Positions 57,436-64,000 of a stretch of DNA of 64,000 nt are shown one piece after another (the stretch's first letter is position 1; every line of letters starts with the position of its first letter). Both the position numbers and the translations under genes were made by a program. Origin of the DNA: an uncultured Candidatus Saccharibacteria bacterium (lineage in GTDB: Bacteria; Patescibacteriota; Minisyncoccia; Phycocordibacterales; EsbW-18); the NCBI GenBank assembly GCA_964447415.1, contig CAYUSN010000003.1, positions 5,418 to 69,417 on the forward strand, in the 5' to 3' direction. Below the pieces are notes generated by a model. The model had not been told where the DNA came from and searched no databases. It saw only the letters and a program-made list of their open reading frames with translations.

Positions 57436-59685
57436 CTATTTTAGCATACCGCTTCCTGTTTTCTCTTTTTTCCTCATTCCCGTCACCGGAAACGCCGCGC
57501 CGAACTCGGTGTCTTCGCCTTCGCGGGAAACCGACCAGACCCGCCCTCCACCCTCCTCGACGACAGACTTCACAATATATAACCCCAAACCGGTGCCGTC
57601 CGGATCCTGTTCCTGTGCGTTTCCGGCACGGAACAGTTTTGTAAAAATCTTGTCCTGGTCGTCTTTCGGAATCGGTGCGCCGTTATTAAACACCCGCAAG
57701 ACAATCTCGCCGTTTTCAATCCGTATAGTAATGCGTATACGTCCGCCGTCGGGCGTGTATTTTACGGCGTTGGACAAAAAATTCTGGAATATTATCCGCA
57801 GAAGTTTCGGGTCAGCGGGCACCAGCGGTAGTGTATCGTCATACTCTTTCATGACGGTGTGTTTTTTTTGGGTTATCGGCGCTTCAAGCTCCTCGAGTAC
57901 CTCATCACACACATCGGCAAACTGCATCGGCTCGGGTTCGATAGCAAGCGTGCCGAGGTCAATCCGCGACACGTTCAAAAGTCCGTCCACCAACTGCTTC
58001 ATGCGTAGGTTTGTCCGATACATTTCCTCGACGACCTCGCGTTGTTTCGGGTGCAGTGCGCCGTAGTCGCCGTGAAGAAGCATTTCCGCATCCCAGCTGA
58101 TTGCTCCGAGCGGTGTTTTGAGCTGATGTGATGCAAGCGACACAAATTCTGTTTTTGCCCGGTCAATACTTTTTTCCAGCGTAACATCGCGTGACACTCT
58201 GACAATTCTTGAAGCTGTGCCGTCTTCTCCCACAACCTGTTTTCCCTGATCGTTTACCCACCGTGTCTCGCCCCCTATCACGATCCGGTATTCAACGTGA
58301 TACTCGGTTCCGGTCCGCACACATGCGTCATAGGCGGTCTCAACCGCCTGTCTATCTTCAGGATGTATGAAGGTAAGCCACACACGCGGATTTTTTTTAA
58401 GAACCCCCCGAGACATACCCCACAAGGGCTCAAACGCGGGACTCACATACATAACGTGCTCAGCCGGCGTCAGTTCAATGATCCAGTACACCTCGGTTAT
58501 TTTTTCGGTCAGCTGTACAAACCGCTCCTCATTTTGTTTTGCCTGTTGTTCGGCACTTCGGATATGCGTCACATCCTCTTCGGTTCCGATAAAACCGATG
58601 ACTTCACCCGCCTTATTTTGTATCGGCGCGATATGCGCTATGACGGTGTACAGTGTTCCGTCTTTTTTTCGGTTAACAATCTCCTCGTTGAAGGAGCGTC
58701 CTTCGAGAATGGTCTTCCACATATCCGCGTAAAACCTGTGCGGCATAAGTCCGCCCCATAAACGGGGTGTCTGCCCCTGCATTTCGGCAAAGGTGTACCC
58801 CGTCACGTCCTGGGCTGCTTTGTTGCAAAAGACGATACTGCCGTTGCTGTCGGTAATGATGATGTGGTGCGAAGAACTCTCAACGGCGGCAAGCAGTACG
58901 TCAGGTTGTGAGCCGGGTTTTGGAGACACGCCCACGTTCTCGTGTGCAGTGATGGTTTTAAACATCTCCCCAAACGACGCCTCCGCCGGTGTCGGATAAA
59001 AATTTTCAAACCTGAACCGGTGATCAAAAACGCCGTTTTTTTTGAGCAGTGTGTGCACGTAATCTACAAACCCCTGCGTACCGCTGACGTACACCAACGA
59101 TTTTGAAAGTTCCGGAATATCTTTAAAATCTTTCCATGCGAGTTTTTTTGTGATGCATTTGCCCGTACGCGCCGGTTTTTTTTCGGCGATAGCTTCAATC
59201 TCCTGTGCATATGCCATTCGCTCTTGTGCATTGTCCGCATACACCACCGTCACAGGATGTCCGAGATTTTTTTGTCTGATATACCGCACGAGACACAGAA
59301 ACGGCGCAATCCCGACACCGCCGGCGACCAACACAAGCGGTATATGCGGATTCTCCGGAAGACAAAACGACGTTCCGAACGGTCCGACAATGAACACCTC
59401 GTCACCGTCTTCAAGCGCACGTGCTGTTTTTTTGAAACCGCTGTCGTTTCCGCGGAAAAGAAAGTGAACCTCACCGCTTGCATCGGGAGGATTAATGATT
59501 GAAAACGCGCGCCGGTCACCGCGCACATCCGGATACTTCATGTTCGGAAGCTGCAGCCATGCATACTGTCCCGCCTCGTACGAAAGCGGTTGTTCGAGTT
59601 TAAAACGAACCTCGAACGTTTCATGTGCGACTTCAGTCCGGCCGATGAATTTTGCGGGGTGCACCCGATTTTCTTTTGGCGGCAT
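57436..59685 (-). CDS. FNR-like FAD/NAD(P)-binding domain fused to PAS-PAS-histidine kinase
   Basis: RRAFSI, GPFG, AGGVGIAPF; two PAS/PAC domains; SHQLKTPL, NAVKYT, GTGLGL. Confidence 0.88.
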   Translation of the reverse strand: MPPKENRVHPAKFIGRTEVAHETFEVRFKLEQPLSYEAGQYAWLQLPNMKYPDVRGDRRAFSIINPPDASGEVHFLFRGNDSGFKKTARALEDGDEVFIVGPFGTSFCLPENPHIPLVLVAGGVGIAPFLCLVRYIRQKNLGHPVTVVYADNAQERMAYAQEIEAIAEKKPARTGKCITKKLAWKDFKDIPELSKSLVYVSGTQGFVDYVHTLLKKNGVFDHRFRFENFYPTPAEASFGEMFKTITAHENVGVSPKPGSQPDVLLAAVESSSHHIIITDSNGSIVFCNKAAQDVTGYTFAEMQGQTPRLWGGLMPHRFYADMWKTILEGRSFNEEIVNRKKDGTLYTVIAHIAPIQNKAGEVIGFIGTEEDVTHIRSAEQQAKQNEERFVQLTEKITEVYWIIELTPAEHVMYVSPAFEPLWGMSRGVLKKNPRVWLTFIHPEDRQAVETAYDACVRTGTEYHVEYRIVIGGETRWVNDQGKQVVGEDGTASRIVRVSRDVTLEKSIDRAKTEFVSLASHQLKTPLGAISWDAEMLLHGDYGALHPKQREVVEEMYRTNLRMKQLVDGLLNVSRIDLGTLAIEPEPMQFADVCDEVLEELEAPITQKKHTVMKEYDDTLPLVPADPKLLRIIFQNFLSNAVKYTPDGGRIRITIRIENGEIVLRVFNNGAPIPKDDQDKIFTKLFRAGNAQEQDPDGTGLGLYIVKSVVEEGGGRVWSVSREGEDTEFGAAFPVTGMRKKEKTGSGMLK

Positions 59686-59740
59686 ACGCGTATCCTTAGT
59701 GCTCCATTGTAGCAACTCGGATGACGAATAGTAACGATAC

Positions 59741-60880
59741 CTATGCCTCACTCGACACCAGCGCACTGCCGACCGCTTCTGATACCGACAAAAAACCGTC
59801 GCGTGTAAGCAACCGCGCTATGCCATAGTTAATCTCAGCCGCCAGTTGCGGTCCTTCATATATAAGTCCTGTTATAAGCTGCACCAACACCGCGCCGAGT
59901 CTAATTTTGCGGTATGCGTCCTCGGCCGAAAAAATACCGCCGCAGCCGATAATTTTTATTTGTGAACCGTATTCCCGATACGTAAGTGCAATCAATTCAT
60001 CCGAACGCTCACGACACGGCAATCCGCTGAAGTTTCCTTTTGAAAAACGTCCGACTTCGTGCGGTTTGAGTGTGTGGTGTGTATTGTCTCTCTGTAAATT
60101 ACCGAATACCACCGCCGACACAAACGAATGCGCCACAATAACGTCCAGCATGGAGCGAATCTCCTCGTCAGTTTTTGAAATCGGCATCTTCACCCACACA
60201 GGGCGCGAGAGACGGAGCGCACCGACTGCAGAGAGAAGTTGTGTAAGATGTGTCGGCTCGTAAAATTCCACAGAGCCCGAGAGATTCGGACAGCTGATGT
60301 TGAGTTCGTAGTACGCAAACGGCACGCCGGAGCGCTCCGCATCCTCAAACGCGGACACCACATCCCGCACTGCATCTTCTTGTGTGGTAATGTCCGTCGA
60401 ATTCGTTTTACCGATGCTTACCCCCACCGGATACAAAAACTCGGCACCACGCAAACGACGCAATGTCTCCGTAACGCCCAGGTTTTTAAATCCTTTGTTT
60501 ACCAAAAGTGATTTTGATTGCGGCAATCGTCCGAGCATCGGACGCGCGTTTCCTTCGTACGGATGTTTGGTGAGCGTGCCGACGGTGCCAAACCCAAATC
60601 CTACACACGGCAACACGGAGGTGAGGCGCGCCTCATAATCAAATCCCGCGGCAAGACCCACAGGTGATGCAAACGAGACACCGAAGACGTTTTGCGACAG
60701 CGACGGATATGATGCGGAAAAAAGTTTTCGCAGAACCGCACGTGCAGACCGTGATGCTCCGAGATACTCCCCCGCCCGCACGGCACCGTGGTGTACTTTT
60801 TCCGGATCACACAAAAACAGTACCGGCTTGATAAGCAGTTTGTATACCCACCTCACACTGGTCAAAAAGTCGCGCTTCAT
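59741..60880 (-). CDS. pyrD: Dihydroorotate dehydrogenase, class 2-like
   Basis: DPEKVH, GLAAGFD, GN.RP...RL, NISCPN, GCGGI. Confidence 0.9.
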   Translation of the reverse strand: MKRDFLTSVRWVYKLLIKPVLFLCDPEKVHHGAVRAGEYLGASRSARAVLRKLFSASYPSLSQNVFGVSFASPVGLAAGFDYEARLTSVLPCVGFGFGTVGTLTKHPYEGNARPMLGRLPQSKSLLVNKGFKNLGVTETLRRLRGAEFLYPVGVSIGKTNSTDITTQEDAVRDVVSAFEDAERSGVPFAYYELNISCPNLSGSVEFYEPTHLTQLLSAVGALRLSRPVWVKMPISKTDEEIRSMLDVIVAHSFVSAVVFGNLQRDNTHHTLKPHEVGRFSKGNFSGLPCRERSDELIALTYREYGSQIKIIGCGGIFSAEDAYRKIRLGAVLVQLITGLIYEGPQLAAEINYGIARLLTRDGFLSVSEAVGSALVSSEA

Positions 60881-60881
60881 A

Positions 60882-61598
60882 TCAGATTCCCGCACTGCGA
60901 ATTACCGCATACATCACCGCAATACCGAGCACGGTCGCAAATGTCGTCCACTTCACCGGATGCGCGTGGTGGCTTTCCGGAAGCAAATCAGACGCGCCGA
61001 TGTACAGGAAAAAACCGGCAAATACCGCAAGCAGCAGCGCGAGCACGGTGTTCGTAACCGAGAAAAAAAGCGTTGCCACAACACCCGCAACCGGCGCAAC
61101 CGCATCCGTCAGCAGCCATTTAAGCGCACGCGTCCGGTCTCCCCCGCTTTTTAAAATAAACCCGACCGTGTTGATGCCGTCGGAAAAATCATGCGTGAGC
61201 ACGGCAAGAGCAACCACCATGCCGACTTCCGGCGATACTTTAAACGCCAGTCCGATGCCCATACCGTCAAGAAAACTGTGAAGCGACAAGCTCCCCGCAC
61301 CGGCAACACCGCGCCCGTGATGATGCCCCTCAGCTTCCTCGTGTCCGTGCATGAGAAGCAGCCGGTCTAAAAGCAAATACACCACAAAACCGACGGCCAC
61401 GACCGTCATGATAAATGAAGCATCGTAGACGCCGCCCCCCAACTCAAGCGCTTCCGGAATCAGATCAAAAAACGCAACGCCGATAACCGCACCGGCTGAA
61501 AACCCTAAAATCAAGTGGAGTCGATCTTTTAGGTGAAGCGCAAACAGACCGCCCAAAAGCGTCGCCGCAAAAGCTGCAACAGTAAAAAAGATAAGCAT
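60882..61598 (-). CDS. ZIP family metal transporter
   Basis: His-rich loop, HSFLDG, HDFSDG, DLLPE. Confidence 0.92.
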   Translation of the reverse strand: MLIFFTVAAFAATLLGGLFALHLKDRLHLILGFSAGAVIGVAFFDLIPEALELGGGVYDASFIMTVVAVGFVVYLLLDRLLLMHGHEEAEGHHHGRGVAGAGSLSLHSFLDGMGIGLAFKVSPEVGMVVALAVLTHDFSDGINTVGFILKSGGDRTRALKWLLTDAVAPVAGVVATLFFSVTNTVLALLLAVFAGFFLYIGASDLLPESHHAHPVKWTTFATVLGIAVMYAVIRSAGI

Positions 61599-61638
61599 AC
61601 GCGGGTTATTGTACGCCGTCTCAGAGAAAATAAAAATG

Positions 61639-61674
61639 CAAAACCCGCCCCTTTTAGACGGGGCGGGTTTTTGC
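61639..61674. terminator. Terminator
   Basis: AAAACCCGCCCC...GGGGCGGGTTTT. Confidence 0.8.
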
Positions 61675-61701
61675 CGCGCATTATCTGCGCCGAAATACCG
61701 G

Positions 61702-62892
61702 TTAGTCAGTGACGAAGTGCTGGATCGTTGAGGTCGAGATATTTCCCGCCTCATCCGTCGCCACGACGATGAAGTAGTAGTCAGTCGAAGTGCTTAGGCC
61801 CTCCAACATGATACTGTGTTCCGTGTCGAACGCGGACACAGACTCTCTCATGGTGACGTCGAGGTCAACGGAGCTGTCGTCGTCATACCAGACGATTCCC
61901 GATGCATCCTCATCTGTTTCCCACGCAATTTCCGCCGACGTAGTGCCGATGTCGTTGATGTCGATATCTTCAATGTCAGGGTCGGTCGTGTCTGCGGGAG
62001 TGTCTCCCGTCTCGAAATGCTGGACGCTTGAGGTCGCCGTAGTACCGTCCTTGTCGGTCACGACAACGATGAAGTAATAATCAGTTTCATCTTCAAGGTC
62101 TTCCAGCGTCACCTCGTGTGAGTCGTCATATGTAGTGACGGACTCCTTCATTGCTGGGTTGAGATCAACGTTGTTGTCGTCATCGTACCAGACAATTCCC
62201 GTCGCCTTTTTATTCGTTTTCCATTCAATCGTCGCCTCATTTTCCGAGATATCCGTCACATCAATATCTTTAATGTTCGGTGACGTTGTATCATCGTCAT
62301 CATCATCGTCGTCATCATCGTCATCATCGTCGTCTCCCCACCAGTCGTCCGTCAGTTTCTTCCAAATACCGCCGGGAACTTTCTCACAACAGGACACATC
62401 AATTGATACGTTGCCGATTTTTTTCTTCTGACCGGGTGCAATAAGCTTACCCCACGCCTTGCAGGCAAAGTCACCGTCTGCAACGAGCGCATTCATCTTC
62501 GCGCGCGTCTTCGGTCCGACAACACCAATCTGCTCAAGACCGTGTTTTTTCTGAAATCTCTTCACCGCCTGTTCGGTAAGCGGTCCGTAAAAACCGGTCA
62601 CCAAACCTTCCGGATATACTTCCGGATCAGCGGCAAGAATTTCCTGGAGCGCCGCGACGTCGTCGCTCGTCATACCGAGGCGAAGCTCGCGCACAAGCGC
62701 TGCTGTTTCCTTTAATTCAACAAAAGCATCTGACTGTTTTTTGGAGAGCTCTGCTATCTGATCCTGGAGCGTTTTAATCTGCTGCAGGAGTGTTTGCATC
62801 TGCTCTACCGTCGTCGTCGCCTGTGCAAGCCCCGGAATAAACGAGGCAAGAAAAAGGGCGCTGACACCCAAAGCAAGTAATTTCTTCTTCAT
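61702..62892 (-). CDS. Secreted protein: peptidoglycan-binding domain, poly-Asp linker, two FN3-like domains
   Basis: Signal peptide, LQ..L...TGFYGPLT..AVKRFQ, Asp run, repeated W.T....G.VWY / YYFIVV. Confidence 0.88.
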   Translation of the reverse strand: MKKKLLALGVSALFLASFIPGLAQATTTVEQMQTLLQQIKTLQDQIAELSKKQSDAFVELKETAALVRELRLGMTSDDVAALQEILAADPEVYPEGLVTGFYGPLTEQAVKRFQKKHGLEQIGVVGPKTRAKMNALVADGDFACKAWGKLIAPGQKKKIGNVSIDVSCCEKVPGGIWKKLTDDWWGDDDDDDDDDDDDDDDTTSPNIKDIDVTDISENEATIEWKTNKKATGIVWYDDDNNVDLNPAMKESVTTYDDSHEVTLEDLEDETDYYFIVVVTDKDGTTATSSVQHFETGDTPADTTDPDIEDIDINDIGTTSAEIAWETDEDASGIVWYDDDSSVDLDVTMRESVSAFDTEHSIMLEGLSTSTDYYFIVVATDEAGNISTSTIQHFVTD

Positions 62893-63102
62893 AATTTGTG
62901 TAAAGTGCAAAATTACGTAGTAATGTGGCCGCACTGACTGGTACGGCGTGCCAAAAAAATGGCCTTACAGGAAGTATATATCATCCTGTTGAACAGACGT
63001 TACGGCACGGAAAATGAGGAAAGGGTGAAGAAGTCACGGCTCCTTATACAACAGGAGCCGCAAAATTTTCCATTGTTGCCGGACTAGGACTGCGAGTAAA
63101 AT

Positions 63103-63999
63103 TCAAGATTCCTCTTTCGGGGAACGTGTATTTTCATCCCCCGCATCTCTTTCTGCAACAAAGTCCTTTACTTCCTGATAACTCATCTGTTTCGGCCAGA
63201 GAAGATTCCCGTTGGTATCATAAATCGGGAGAAGCAACTTACTGGAACGTTCATCATAATTTTTTATTAATTCATTTATTACTTCTCTTAGAACGTCAAT
63301 GATAGTTTTTTCTGTTCGAATATCATTGAAATATATTGTCTCCGGTTTTATTACAATTCCTTTCAACTCCACCCTGTCAAAACCGGCGCTGGGCATACGA
63401 TAACCATCGTCGTCATGTGGAATGAATCTACCATCCTTATCTACCATGCCCCATTTTACCATTTCCTCAAAACGTGGGTTCTTTTTAATTTTTTCCGGAT
63501 CAAGTTCGGCTGAATCCTTCCCTATTCCAAAACTTTTCCGCTCATCACTCCCGATATTAAACACATATGGATGGTACGTTCCTTCTGGCTGTTCGGAATC
63601 ATCTCTTATTGGAGGAATTTCTTTTAAATTGTCTAATGAAAATATTATTCCCACCCTTCTTTCCCCGCTTGCTTCTTTTTGAAACCAATAGGATCTTTTT
63701 ATTTCCATTCCACCGCTTAAACCTCTCATCTTACCCACAACGTTAAAAAACAAACCACGAAACGAATTACCCAAGACCCCTTCCTCTAGAACATACTTAA
63801 AATACTTTAATTCGTCTTTCGAGCCAGCACCAATAACCGTAAAGGCCGTCCCGGGCTGGTTAATGTCTTGCACTTTTTCCAAAATTCTTTCGACTATTTC
63901 CGGTCGAATTTCGAATTCAAGTTTTTCTCTGGTTGGTTTTTGTTTTTCGTACTCAACCTTTAGTTCGGCGTGTGAATAATCAGCCGCCTCGCCTGAGTC
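63103..63999 (-). CDS. Hypothetical low-GC protein, 5' end beyond the window
   Basis: Frame stays open from 63882 to the window edge; visibly AT-rich. Confidence 0.7.
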   Translation of the reverse strand, partial: DSGEAADYSHAELKVEYEKQKPTREKLEFEIRPEIVERILEKVQDINQPGTAFTVIGAGSKDELKYFKYVLEEGVLGNSFRGLFFNVVGKMRGLSGGMEIKRSYWFQKEASGERRVGIIFSLDNLKEIPPIRDDSEQPEGTYHPYVFNIGSDERKSFGIGKDSAELDPEKIKKNPRFEEMVKWGMVDKDGRFIPHDDDGYRMPSAGFDRVELKGIVIKPETIYFNDIRTEKTIIDVLREVINELIKNYDERSSKLLLPIYDTNGNLLWPKQMSYQEVKDFVAERDAGDENTRSPKEES

Positions 64000-64000
64000 A

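Noticed and set aside
88-63999. Alternative genetic code (TGA = Gly as in Gracilibacteria)
   Set aside because: Core genes such as metK and gltX end at TGA, and no core gene is interrupted under code 11
1-64000. CRISPR array, cas genes, rRNA, integrase, transposase or prophage
   Set aside because: No regularly spaced repeat-spacer series or recognisable motifs were seen

Overview
Gene-dense window of a small-genome bacterium. Gene content and style (short metK, aspS and enolase, few Shine-Dalgarno sites, tiny intergenic gaps, tRNAs without encoded CCA) suggest Patescibacteria/CPR, probably Parcubacteria; this is an inference. Standard genetic code. Core genes: metK, aspS, scpAB, mraY-ftsW-murG, gltX, rpmA, rplI, cysS, dnaB, recR, rplU, murI, NAD kinase, uvrABC, ndh, eno, ppsA, pyrD and six tRNAs. 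Genes are all + up to about 17 kb and mostly - after 30 kb, with a dif-like site near 17.2 kb. No CRISPR, rRNA, integrase or transposase was seen. Best leads: (1) a T-box with the ultra-short Stem I of actinobacterial ileS, but with an Asn (AAC) specifier and a terminator, upstream of a probable non-discriminating AspRS; (2) an FNR-like flavoreductase-PAS-PAS-histidine kinase fusion with two receivers, downstream of pyrD; (3) a leader-peptide attenuator upstream of a GNAT; (4) self-contained GC-rich orphan mini-cassettes; (5) tRNAs abutting or overlapping CDSs, and a structured insert at tRNA-Val. All assignments are by eye; no database searches were run.
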